From contig JAQGDQ010002422.1 in NCBI GenBank assembly GCA_030141605.1, positions 1-53,286 of the forward strand: a stretch of DNA of 53,286 nt. Direction: 5' to 3'. This DNA is from Tubiluchus corallicola. Lineage: Eukaryota > Animalia > Priapulida. Within the stretch, counting starts at the first letter, position 1. Each line of letters opens with the position of its first letter. This document shows positions 18,633 through 28,161 of the stretch, piece by piece. The notes under the pieces are model-generated. The model worked only from the letters and a program-made list of their open reading frames with translations, made no database searches and had not been told where the DNA came from. The translations under genes and the position numbers were made by a program.

Positions 18633-21034
18633 AACTAACGCTTAACTGGCTTAAAGACCATCTCGAAACTTCCGCAACCCTCACTGAAATATGCGACACC
18701 CTTACACAAATCGGCCTTGAAGTCGAAGAACTGCACGATAAAGCTCAGGAGCTTCAGGATTTCTCAGTAGCAGAAGTCCTCGACGCAAAACCACACCCAA
18801 ACGCAGACCGACTCCATGTCTGCACCGTCCAGACAAAAGACGATATCGTCTCTATTGTCTGCGGAGCCCCCAACGTCAAAACCGGCATGAAAGGTATCTT
18901 CGCCCCCGTTAATACCTATATACCCGGAATAAAAACAACCCTTAAACCAACAAAAATCCGAGGCGTGGAAAGCATCGGAATGCTCCTCTCCGAACATGAA
19001 ATGAACCTCGGGGACGATCATGACGGAATCATCTCGCTTCCCACCAATACACCCATAGGGCAAAACGCCGCCATCGCCATGGGAATTAATGATCCTGTGA
19101 TCGACCTGTCCATAACACCCAACAGAGGCGATTGCGCCGGCGTACGACATATCGCAAGAGACCTCGCCGCGGCCGGAATCGGAACCCTAAAACCTCTCAC
19201 CATCCCAATAACCAAAGGAACATTCCAAAGCCCAAAAATAATAGAAAACCAATTACCGGAACCTTTGAAAACCCTCTGCCCATGGTTCGTCGGACGCTAT
19301 ATCCGTAACGTCAGAAATACACAAAGCCCACAATGGATGCAGGATCGATTGCGCGCCATCGGCGCAAAGCCCATCTCTGCCCTCGTGGATATCACAAACT
19401 ATATGACGTTCGATCTTTGCAGGCCTTTCCACATCTTCGATGCGGACGCCATTGACGGAAATATCTCAACACGCCTCGCGACAGAAAAGGAAACAATAAA
19501 CGCCCTCAACGGACAAACCTATACTTTAGATTCAAATATGCTTCTTCTCGCCGACAAAACAAAAGCGCTCGGAATCGCCGGAGTCATGGGAGGAGAAGAA
19601 AGCGCATGCACCGAAAATACACAAAATGTCTTTCTTGAATCCGCCCTCTTCGACCCCCTGAATATCGCGGAAACCGGACGGAAACTCTCTATTCAAAGCG
19701 ACGCGAGATATCGATTCGAACGCGGAATCGACCCCTCCTTCCTAAAAGACGCATGCGAAATCGCTACCGCCTACATCCTTCAGTTCTGCGGAGGAGAAGC
19801 CTCCGAAATTACCCAAAGCGGAAAAGAACCCTCATGGAAAAAAACAATCGCCTTCACACCCAAAACAACAGAAAAACTCTGCGGAATTAATATTCCAGAC
19901 GAAAAACAACAGACAATCCTTAAAACACTCGGATTCTCCATAGAAAATACCTCCAATCATACCCTCTCCGTAACACCCCCACCATGGCGGAACGATGTGC
20001 AACAAAGCACATGCCTCGTAGAAGAAGTCATCCGAATATACGGACTCCATAAAATAAAACCAATCTCTCTTATCGATCCTGTAAAGCTTCCCGATCCCGC
20101 TTTAACACCAGAAAAAACACGCCACAGAAAAGCCGCAAGAACCCTCGCTACACGGGGATATTGCGAGGTGGTCACCATGTCCTTCCTCTCATCCGAGCTC
20201 GCAAAACATTTTACTGAAATTCCCGAAAAACTCTTCCTTATGAATCCCATCAGCGCAGCCCTTGACGTCATGAGACCAACCCTCATTCCCAACCTGCTGG
20301 ACGCCTGCCGAGCAAATTATGACCGCGGATTTGAAAATCTCGCCTTCTGTGAAGTGGGTCCTCAGTATCTCGACGATACACCAGAAGGGCAAAAACAAAT
20401 CGCCGCCGCCGTAAAAATCGGCCATAATCACCAGCGACACTGGCTCTCGGGCAAACGATCCGTCGACTTCTTCGACGCGAAATCCGACCTCCTGCAAACA
20501 CTCGCGCAATTATCCGTACCAACACAAAGTCTGCAAACACTCGCGAAAGCTCCGAAATGGTATCATCCAGGGCGATCCGCCACACTTGCCCTCGGCCCTA
20601 AAAATATCCTCGCGGTCTTCGGGGAAGTCCACCCCCATATCCTTAAAATCATGAATATTAAAGACCCCATAGTCGCGTTTGAAATCTATCTGGATAATCT
20701 TCCGAAAAAAACGCCAAAAGCCCTGCGCTCACAATATAAACCTTCCCCTTTACAATCCCTAAAGCGCGACATGGCCTTTATCGTGTCCAAAGAAACCGCC
20801 GCGCAAAAAATACAACAAACCGCACTTAAAGCCGATAAAAAATATATCAATAACGTGGAAATCTTCGATGTCTTCTCTGGAAAAAACATGGACGATTCCC
20901 AAAAATCAATCGCAATCGTACTAACAATACAACCCACCGACAAAACACTCACAGACGACGAGATCAACGCTATCATGAAACGTGTCAAAGACGCCGTCCA
21001 TAAAACAACCGGCGGCCTCCTGCGAGAAGCATAA
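18629..21034 (+). CDS. pheT: phenylalanine--tRNA ligase beta subunit
   Basis: HPNADRL, VCGAPN, ITPNRGDC, SDARYRFERG; 4-nt ATGA overlap with pheS. Confidence 0.98.
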   Translation: MKLTLNWLKDHLETSATLTEICDTLTQIGLEVEELHDKAQELQDFSVAEVLDAKPHPNADRLHVCTVQTKDDIVSIVCGAPNVKTGMKGIFAPVNTYIPGIKTTLKPTKIRGVESIGMLLSEHEMNLGDDHDGIISLPTNTPIGQNAAIAMGINDPVIDLSITPNRGDCAGVRHIARDLAAAGIGTLKPLTIPITKGTFQSPKIIENQLPEPLKTLCPWFVGRYIRNVRNTQSPQWMQDRLRAIGAKPISALVDITNYMTFDLCRPFHIFDADAIDGNISTRLATEKETINALNGQTYTLDSNMLLLADKTKALGIAGVMGGEESACTENTQNVFLESALFDPLNIAETGRKLSIQSDARYRFERGIDPSFLKDACEIATAYILQFCGGEASEITQSGKEPSWKKTIAFTPKTTEKLCGINIPDEKQQTILKTLGFSIENTSNHTLSVTPPPWRNDVQQSTCLVEEVIRIYGLHKIKPISLIDPVKLPDPALTPEKTRHRKAARTLATRGYCEVVTMSFLSSELAKHFTEIPEKLFLMNPISAALDVMRPTLIPNLLDACRANYDRGFENLAFCEVGPQYLDDTPEGQKQIAAAVKIGHNHQRHWLSGKRSVDFFDAKSDLLQTLAQLSVPTQSLQTLAKAPKWYHPGRSATLALGPKNILAVFGEVHPHILKIMNIKDPIVAFEIYLDNLPKKTPKALRSQYKPSPLQSLKRDMAFIVSKETAAQKIQQTALKADKKYINNVEIFDVFSGKNMDDSQKSIAIVLTIQPTDKTLTDDEINAIMKRVKDAVHKTTGGLLREA

Positions 21035-21039
21035 ATCCC

Positions 21040-22392
21040 ATGAAAATACCCCTCATATCCCTGAAAGCAACCCCCCTCTTTGGTACCGTCGCACTCCCTG
21101 GCGATAAATCAATCTCCCATAGAGCCCTCATCATCGGCGCCATCGCAGAGGGAACAACACACATTACAGGATTGCTCGAAAGTGAAGATGTCCTAAGAAC
21201 CATCAACGCCCTGAAAGAAGTCGGCGTCGACATCACAAAAATAAATAAAAATACATGGGAAATCATTGGAAAAAAACACCGGAAAAACTTCCATGAACCC
21301 CTAAAACCCCTCTATATGGGCAACGCCGGAACAACAACACGCCTGCTGATAGGACTCTTCACGGGATGCGACTTCTCCGTAACATTTTATGGCGATTCCT
21401 CCCTGACAAAACGATCTATGAAACGAATTGTCGACCCCCTCACAGACATGGGCGCACGCTTCCTGTGCAGAAATCAACACTATCTCCCCCTGACAATGGT
21501 CGGAACAAACAATCCACACGCCCTCTCATACCAACTTCCCATGCCTTCCGCACAGGTAAAATCCGCAATCCTTCTCGCTGGGCTAAACAGCCAAGAAACA
21601 ACCGAGATTATCGAACCCATACCCTCACGAGATCATACAGAAAGAATGCTCAAAACATTCGGCGCCGATATCATAATCACACCAATAGAAAATAATGGGC
21701 GTCTTATCAGACTTCACCCAAAATCACACCCTCTTATCGCCCAAAATATCGCCATTCCAAGCGACTTCTCCGCTGCCGCGTTTCTTATCGTCGCGGCGAT
21801 TTTAGTGCCTAACTCAAAAATAACCCTCCATAATATCGGCATGAATCAATATCGAATCGGACTCCTGCTCTCCCTGCAGGAAATGGGCGCTGACCTATCC
21901 ATACAAATGAATAATAACACCCCCACAGAAGAGCCCACCGCAACAATAACCGCCAGCGCCAACACTCCCTTGCGCGGAATTACCCTGCCAGAGAAACGTG
22001 TCCCAGACATGATCGACGAATTTCCCATCTTCGCCATCGCAGCCGCGTGCGCAGAAGGAACAACAATAATGAAAGGACTCACGGAACTCCGCGTTAAAGA
22101 ATCCGACCGACTGGCCGCAATCGCACAAGGACTCGAGAAATGCGGCGTCACCATCCAAGAGGAAAATGACTCCCTGATCATTCACGGAACCGGAAAACCA
22201 CCAAGCGGAAATGTCCGTATCTCAACGGAAATGGACCATAGAATCGCCATGGCCTTCCTGATCCTCGGCGCCGTTACAGACAATCCCATACAAATCGACG
22301 ACGGAGCCGCCATCAATACCAGCTTCCCAGAGTTTATCCCCCTCATGAATAAATTAGGATACCAAATCACACCCTTGAAAAATCAGTTTTGA
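21040..22392 (+). CDS. aroA: 3-phosphoshikimate 1-carboxyvinyltransferase
   Basis: PGDKSISHR, GNAGTTTRL, SAQVKSA, RDHTE, LRVKESDR, DHRIAM. Confidence 0.97.
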   Translation: MKIPLISLKATPLFGTVALPGDKSISHRALIIGAIAEGTTHITGLLESEDVLRTINALKEVGVDITKINKNTWEIIGKKHRKNFHEPLKPLYMGNAGTTTRLLIGLFTGCDFSVTFYGDSSLTKRSMKRIVDPLTDMGARFLCRNQHYLPLTMVGTNNPHALSYQLPMPSAQVKSAILLAGLNSQETTEIIEPIPSRDHTERMLKTFGADIIITPIENNGRLIRLHPKSHPLIAQNIAIPSDFSAAAFLIVAAILVPNSKITLHNIGMNQYRIGLLLSLQEMGADLSIQMNNNTPTEEPTATITASANTPLRGITLPEKRVPDMIDEFPIFAIAAACAEGTTIMKGLTELRVKESDRLAAIAQGLEKCGVTIQEENDSLIIHGTGKPPSGNVRISTEMDHRIAMAFLILGAVTDNPIQIDDGAAINTSFPEFIPLMNKLGYQITPLKNQF

Positions 22393-23167
22393 AAAATTAA
22401 CCGCCACAATAAAAACACACAATCCCCTCCTCACGCAGCGTGTCAGCACCTTCCGAAAAGAAAATCAGGATAGCTATAAGCAGCCACCACCACGGTCCCT
22501 ATAGAAACCTCTCTTTCCCTATGGTTTCCAGAAACTTCTCCTCTTTCGCAAAAATCCTTGATGTCCATAAGATGGAACGCCCCTTTTTACATATTCTCAA
22601 TACTTGCTTTAATTCCATAGACAATCCCGCAGCCGCCGCTCATATATAACGCCTGGTATATTTTGGATCTCAATATTCTAAACAGCTCTCAATCATACGC
22701 TTTATCCAATATCACACGCAAATTCCCACTCAAGCCAACCTAACAAACCTTTTGAGAGCCAAAAGAAAAGGCTATTAAAAGAGAGTCCCGAAAAACAGAC
22801 AGTCAATTGAAAAGAAAATAATAGTGAAAAAATCACAGCTTTAGAAAAAGTGATTACAAGACTTGTAAAACTTTATTGAAAAAGATGGAGAGATAGATAT
22901 TTCTCATTCCTTAGGGAATAGAATACAGATAAGGATAAAAACAAAGACTTTCCTGAAATCGCCCAGTTAAAACAATCACAAAAATTAGACTGCCAGAGAA
23001 TAACACTCAACGATTGAGCAATCAATCAAAAGAAAAATAACGATACCGTTGATTCAGAAAATATATCAACAAGAAGACACTATCCTGATTAAACGCCTCT
23101 CGCGACCGCTCGCCTCTAAAAAAACTACAGAGCCGATATTTTCCTTCCCTTCAAGGAACAGGCATCT

Positions 23168-23893
23168 TTAAGCCGTCGCGGTTACTTTTTCCTTCTTTTG
23201 TTCCTCTTCCTCAAGCGTCGGAACACGCAAAACATAGCCCTGACCCCAGACAGTCTCTATATAATTTGAATCCTCGCCTGTAATCGACCGTATCTTCTTT
23301 CGTAACTTGCAGATGAAAACATCCATGATTTTTAACATCGGCTCCTCTTTCCCGCCATAAAGATGGCTTAAGAAAACATCTTTTGAAACAGGACGACCAT
23401 ACCGCAAAACCAATAACTCCAGTATCTGATACTCTTTCGCCGTCAAACGTAACGGTAAATCATTGATAAACGCGTTGCGCGCCTCAATATCAATCTTAAT
23501 ATTGCCAATCGTAACAACAGAATGACCATGACCTCGCGAACGACGGATCAACGCATGAACACGTGCTAATAACTCATCCCTGTCAAAAGGCTTGGTTAAA
23601 TAATCATCCGCGCCATTGGAAAAGCCCTTCAGCTTATGATCCAACTCCCCTAAACCCGAAAGAATCAAAACCGGAGTCTCTATACGTGCGCTCCGTAAAT
23701 TCCACAAAACCTCAAAACCATCCATATCAGGTAGCAAAATATCCAGGATAATTAAATCATAATCATAAAAACGGACAAGCTCTAACGCCTCATCTCCGCG
23801 ATCTGTCGTATCACTAACAATATTGTCCCGCTTTAAAGCCATCTGAACAGTTCGTGACGTTAGATAATCATCTTCGACTACTAATACTCGCAT
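23168..23893 (-). CDS. ctrA: CtrA-like cell-cycle response regulator (OmpR family)
   Basis: MRVLVVEDD, YDYDLIILD, GADDYLTKPF, LTAKEYQILELL, FLSHLYGG.EEP.LKIMDVFICKLRKK, YIETVWG.GYVLR match CtrA; divergent, so it could be a paralog. Confidence 0.8.
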   Translation of the reverse strand: MRVLVVEDDYLTSRTVQMALKRDNIVSDTTDRGDEALELVRFYDYDLIILDILLPDMDGFEVLWNLRSARIETPVLILSGLGELDHKLKGFSNGADDYLTKPFDRDELLARVHALIRRSRGHGHSVVTIGNIKIDIEARNAFINDLPLRLTAKEYQILELLVLRYGRPVSKDVFLSHLYGGKEEPMLKIMDVFICKLRKKIRSITGEDSNYIETVWGQGYVLRVPTLEEEEQKKEKVTATA

Positions 23894-23944
23894 AACATTA
23901 ACCATATTTACATTAAAACAATTAAATCATAAATAGAGTATAGG

Positions 23945-23960
23945 TTAACCTTTTCTTTAC
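23945..23960. promoter_or_regulatory. putative CtrA box upstream of ctrA
   Basis: TTAA-ccttttc-TTTAC, one mismatch to TTAA-N7-TTAAC; a TTAACCAT half-site lies at 23898-23905; AT-rich context weakens the call. Confidence 0.45.
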
Positions 23961-24303
23961 CAACATGTAAAGCTTTTTTAATAACAGACCATAGTAAACA
24001 AGCTCAAAGCCCATAAATACAAAGCAACAAAATAAATAGAGCATTTAAGCTATGATTTTTTACAAGCCATGATGTTTTTTCATGGCAGCATTGCAACTAT
24101 AACGCTTCTTATTTCCTAAAAATAACATTATTATTTAAGGATCATTTAATATTTGTAGATTAAAGTGGTAATTGAGTTAGTAAGTTAAAAGGTTTCACTT
24201 ATATTTAAGTTTCCTCAATTTATGCAAGAACTCCTTTTGCTATCGGGCATCATACCTCCCTCCTTTTTCTCTCTCCTTTGCCCGATAGCAACCCCTCTTT
24301 ATT

Positions 24304-25110
24304 CTACATGTTCCACCAGACAAGCAGTAAAATACCACCAAGAGCTAAACGATAACAGACAAAGATCGTAAAGCCAGATCGGCGAACCCAACGCATCAAA
24401 AACGCGATCGACAATAACGCAACCCAAAACGATAAAACGCTCGCCAGTAAAAAACTCACCACCCCGGTATGCTCCCCTAAACGCACAAGCTTTATTCCCT
24501 CCCAGAAACTCGCCGCCAAAATAACCGGTATCGATAGCAAAATAGAAAATCGAACTGCCTCCGCACGCCCCATTCCCAAAAATCGCGCCATCGTCATGGT
24601 AACACCCGACCGACTTGCACCCGGAATCAACGAAAAAATTTGAAACAAACCAATATATAAAGCTCCCTTAAATCCTAAAGAATATTGCCTCTCTGAAAGA
24701 AAGCAATCCGAAATATACAACAAAATCCCAAAAAAAATCGTCGCTAAAGCAATAACCAATAAAGAAGAACGAATAACAGCGTATCCACCCCATAAACTTA
24801 CAAAAAAACCAACACACAAAACAGGAAGAGACGCAACAGACAATAATAAGAAAAAACGCCCCGCTTCCGATTCAAAACGACCGGAGAGAAGATCCCTCAC
24901 TCCCCGTAGCAAATACACAATATCCTCGCGAAAATAAACCATAACCGCGCATAAAGTCCCTAAATGAACAGAAACATCCATCGCCAACCCCTGCTCAGGC
25001 CAATGTAGAAAATAAGGAAATAAAATTATATGCGCAGAAGAGCTGATCGGTAAAAATTCCGTAATCCCCTGAATAACCGAAATAACAAATATATGAACCC
25101 AGCTTACCAA
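24304..25110 (-). CDS. uppP: undecaprenyl-diphosphate phosphatase
   Basis: QGITEFLPISSSAH, HLGT, PGASRSG, FSILLSIP; multi-TM. Confidence 0.96.
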   Translation of the reverse strand: MVSWVHIFVISVIQGITEFLPISSSAHIILFPYFLHWPEQGLAMDVSVHLGTLCAVMVYFREDIVYLLRGVRDLLSGRFESEAGRFFLLLSVASLPVLCVGFFVSLWGGYAVIRSSLLVIALATIFFGILLYISDCFLSERQYSLGFKGALYIGLFQIFSLIPGASRSGVTMTMARFLGMGRAEAVRFSILLSIPVILAASFWEGIKLVRLGEHTGVVSFLLASVLSFWVALLSIAFLMRWVRRSGFTIFVCYRLALGGILLLVWWNM

Positions 25111-25163
25111 TATAAACCCCTCAATCCACCCCTTCTATACCATCGCTCAAAAAATCCCCGGCT

Positions 25164-26051
25164 TTATGATCCCGACTCTTTCAGATCAATACGCTGCGAT
25201 AAACGCCACTTTGACGCCTTATACGTCCCGACCATCGTGATCCCCGTCGAAAAAAACGCCAGCTCCTCTAAAGCGAGACGAACATGATAATCCTCCGGAT
25301 GACCCTCAAAATCAATAAAAAATCGCGCCGCCTGAAACGACTGATCCAAATAACTCTCCAAGCGCGTAATATTAATATTATTCGTCGCAAAACTACTCAA
25401 CGCCTTAAATAACGCCGCCGGTATATCACGAACCTCGAAAAAAAGCGACGTCACAACCAACCTATCATCATACACCGGAACATAATGCTGACGAGACATC
25501 ACTAAAAAACGCGTCGTATTGCCCGCGACATCCTCCACATGAGTCTTCAGCGGCACAAGACCATAAATCTCCCCCGCCAACAAAGACGCGATAACACATG
25601 TCTGCTTATCCCGAGAGTCCGATAATAACGCCGCGGAACCCGCTGTATCCAAACAAATCGTTGGCGTTAATCTCAATGACTGAATTAACTCCCGACACTG
25701 ATGCAAAGCTTGAACATGACTATGTACAAAACGCATATCCTCTAAACAAGCCCCCGGAATCGCCAGAAGATTATGCTCAATAAGTTGATAATGCTCCCCA
25801 ACCGCAAATAAACCCGACCCGGGCAAAAGAGCATGAATATCCGAAACACGACCCGCCGTCGAATTCTCGACAGGAATCATCGCTAAATCTGCCTCACCAT
25901 CACGAACCGCCGCGAAAGTCGCCTCAAAATCTAAGCAGGGAACCGTCTCCAACGTCGGAAAAACAGACCGGCACGCCATATCAGAATAAGCCCCAAAACG
26001 ACCCTGAAACGCTATCTTACTCGCTGAAATATGCTCTAGTATATTTATCAT
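25164..26051 (-). CDS. pheA: prephenate dehydratase
   Basis: IAFQG..GAYS, PVENSTAGRV, SHVQAL.QC, NTTRF, ACT domain with NITRLESY. Confidence 0.95.
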   Translation of the reverse strand: MINILEHISASKIAFQGRFGAYSDMACRSVFPTLETVPCLDFEATFAAVRDGEADLAMIPVENSTAGRVSDIHALLPGSGLFAVGEHYQLIEHNLLAIPGACLEDMRFVHSHVQALHQCRELIQSLRLTPTICLDTAGSAALLSDSRDKQTCVIASLLAGEIYGLVPLKTHVEDVAGNTTRFLVMSRQHYVPVYDDRLVVTSLFFEVRDIPAALFKALSSFATNNINITRLESYLDQSFQAARFFIDFEGHPEDYHVRLALEELAFFSTGITMVGTYKASKWRLSQRIDLKESGS

Positions 26052-26076
26052 GCCAAAAATTTCTCCCCTTCCCTAT

Positions 26077-26823
26077 TTATTTACGTGAATCCATCATAGA
26101 CTGAATAACAAGCAGATCCTCCGGCGTATCAACCCCTAAAGGGATATCCTCCACAAGCGATAAATCAATACGCATGCCCGCCTCTAAAGCCCGAAGCTGC
26201 TCCAGCTTCTCTCGAGTCTCTAAAATACCCGGCGATAACGAAACAAAACGCGATAACGATAAACGACGCCACGCATAAATCCCTATATGATGAATACGAC
26301 CGCCCTGACCCCAAGGAACAGGCAAACGACTGAAATAAAGCGCACGACCAACACGCGCGCCCGGCGCAAGCGAAACCACCGCCTTAACAACATGAGGAGA
26401 CGATATATCCTCCTTCGTACCCATAATAGAACCAAGCGTCCCAATATCAACAGATGAATCCTCCAGCGGATCCAAAACCCTGCCAATCGTCTCAGGGGAA
26501 ATTAACGGTAAATCCCCCTGAAGATTCACAATAATATCATACATACCCGCAGAATCATACGCGCATAACGCCGCGAAAACACGATCAGAACCAGAAGGAA
26601 GATCCTTCTCCGTCAAAACCGCCTCCCCCCCGAGATCAGAAATCACTTCCAAAATCTCACGCTCCCCACACGCCACAAGAACAGGACCAACATCCGCTTC
26701 AAGCGCACGACGCCAAACATGCACAATCATTGGCTCTCCGGAAATTAACGCCAGCGGCTTGCCAGGAAACCGAACAGACTCCATACGCGCCGGAATCACA
26801 ACTAAAGGACGAATAGCCATCAC
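26077..26823 (-). CDS. kdsB: 3-deoxy-manno-octulosonate cytidylyltransferase
   Basis: IPARM.S.RFPGKPL, SGSDR, NLQGD, ALYFSR, HHIGIYA, EKLEQLRALE, VDTPED. Confidence 0.96.
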   Translation of the reverse strand: MMAIRPLVVIPARMESVRFPGKPLALISGEPMIVHVWRRALEADVGPVLVACGEREILEVISDLGGEAVLTEKDLPSGSDRVFAALCAYDSAGMYDIIVNLQGDLPLISPETIGRVLDPLEDSSVDIGTLGSIMGTKEDISSPHVVKAVVSLAPGARVGRALYFSRLPVPWGQGGRIHHIGIYAWRRLSLSRFVSLSPGILETREKLEQLRALEAGMRIDLSLVEDIPLGVDTPEDLLVIQSMMDSRK

Positions 26824-27042
26824 TTATACTCCTTAACTATAAAATACCACTCCCCCCTAAAAGTAAATCATCACAAAAAATACGTCTACAACTATTTATC
26901 CACTTTTCACCAAGAGCTCCAAGCAAACTAACCATAAGACAATACACACCTCTATAAGCCCGCTAAAACATATAGAAAATCCTCTTCGCAAAAATACCAA
27001 AAATAAAATAGATGTAAAAAATAAATACCCACTAGCAATAGT

Positions 27043-27058
27043 TGGCACAAAACATGCT
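27043..27058 (+). promoter_or_regulatory. sigma54 (-24/-12) promoter
   Basis: TGGCAC-AAAAC-ATGCT with exact GG-N10-GC spacing, about 50 nt upstream of the first microprotein. Confidence 0.7.
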
Positions 27059-27105
27059 TTTATATTTCATAAAAGAAAAAATACACATTTATGGAGTATA
27101 GACCA

Positions 27106-27291
27106 ATGATTAAAAGAATAGACAAACACAATACAACAGCAGAATGGATCATCGAAAAAGAATACGAAATCGTAGAAAAAATACAAGAATATAGCCAATC
27201 AAAGTCTCAACTCCTCTACGAAAATCAAAAAGACTACGAGAAAAGCGAACTGGGGTTATATCAATTCTATAAAGAATATTACAACCAGTAA
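27106..27291 (+). CDS. microprotein 1 (61 aa) of a paralogous triplet
   Basis: GGAG RBS at 27093; C-terminus KDYEKSELGLYQFYKEYYNQ shared with copy 2; N-terminus similar to copy 3. Confidence 0.75.
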   Translation: MIKRIDKHNTTAEWIIEKEYEIVEKIQEYSQSKSQLLYENQKDYEKSELGLYQFYKEYYNQ

Positions 27292-27337
27292 TCAAACGCC
27301 ATTTCAATAGATGCCTGATAATCAAGAGGATACGATC

Positions 27338-27517
27338 ATGAAAAAAGATAGCGACAATCCAAAAACATTACGTTCACTATTTTTCAAAAAGCATGAGGAC
27401 GAAAATGAGGAAAACGGCTGGGAAAAAGATGAGAACGGCGTATATAAAAACATGAAAGACTACGAGAAAAACGAGTTGGGATTATACCAATTCTATAAAG
27501 AATATTATAAACGATAG
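27338..27517 (+). CDS. microprotein 2 (59 aa) of a paralogous triplet
   Basis: GAGGA RBS at 27326; C-terminus KDYEKNELGLYQFYKEYYKR. Confidence 0.75.
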   Translation: MKKDSDNPKTLRSLFFKKHEDENEENGWEKDENGVYKNMKDYEKNELGLYQFYKEYYKR

Positions 27518-27554
27518 GCAATCTCACACACTCTATATTCAAAAGGTAAGACCA

Positions 27555-27740
27555 ATGACAAGAAATATGAAAAAATTTAACACGACAATGGCATGGATGC
27601 TGAAAAAAGAAGCCGAGATGATGCAAGAATACAGCTGGCAAGAAGCGCTGCAACTTTATGAAACCGCCCAGAAATTCCCACAAGATGAGGAACAAAACCA
27701 AAAATTATACCAATCCTATAAAAGATATAACAACGAATAA
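27555..27740 (+). CDS. microprotein 3 (61 aa) of a paralogous triplet
   Basis: AAGG RBS; same agaccaATG start context as copy 1; NTT..W..KE.E..QEYS..LYE shared with copy 1; ends LYQSYKRYNNE. Confidence 0.7.
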   Translation: MTRNMKKFNTTMAWMLKKEAEMMQEYSWQEALQLYETAQKFPQDEEQNQKLYQSYKRYNNE

Positions 27741-27906
27741 ATACCCCCCAAAAATAGACATGCCCATACAAACATTTTATCTATATCCTTATATCTATTA
27801 ACAGGCAACATACTCCTAACCTTATGGAATTGAGAGAAAGTTAAAGATTCTTTTTTACTCTTAAAGCACCTTTCCCTAAAAAGTCTTTTCTCTCTTTTCC
27901 TTTTTT

Positions 27907-28080
27907 TTATTCCTCCCGATCCTCCTTTTCATAATCCAGCCCCTCCTCTTGAGACTCCTCGGCGGGAATCGTATAGGAACCGCTAAACCAACATCCAAGA
28001 TCAATATTCGCACACCGCAACGAGCAAAAAGGGCGAAACGCCTCACTCTGTTCCTTGCCACATAATACACATCGTTTCAT
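27907..28080 (-). CDS. yacG: DNA gyrase inhibitor YacG
   Basis: CVLCGK....[21 protein letters not shown]; start at 28080 or 28113. Confidence 0.92.
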   Translation of the reverse strand: MKRCVLCGKEQSEAFRPFCSLRCANIDLGCWFSGSYTIPAEESQEEGLDYEKEDREE

Positions 28081-28161
28081 TTTCTCTATCCTATTTTTAT
28101 TCCAATGAGCCATAAAAACATTTCCTTCCCTCCTCTTTTCCGTTAATTAAATTTTCTGAAA

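Noticed and set aside
27228-27735. Regularly spaced repeats as a CRISPR array
   Set aside because: The repeats are in-frame coding sequence with synonymous changes, about 225 nt apart, non-palindromic, and no cas genes are present
27876-28070. 64-aa minus-strand ORF overlapping yacG
   Set aside because: Alternative frame of yacG with no independent support
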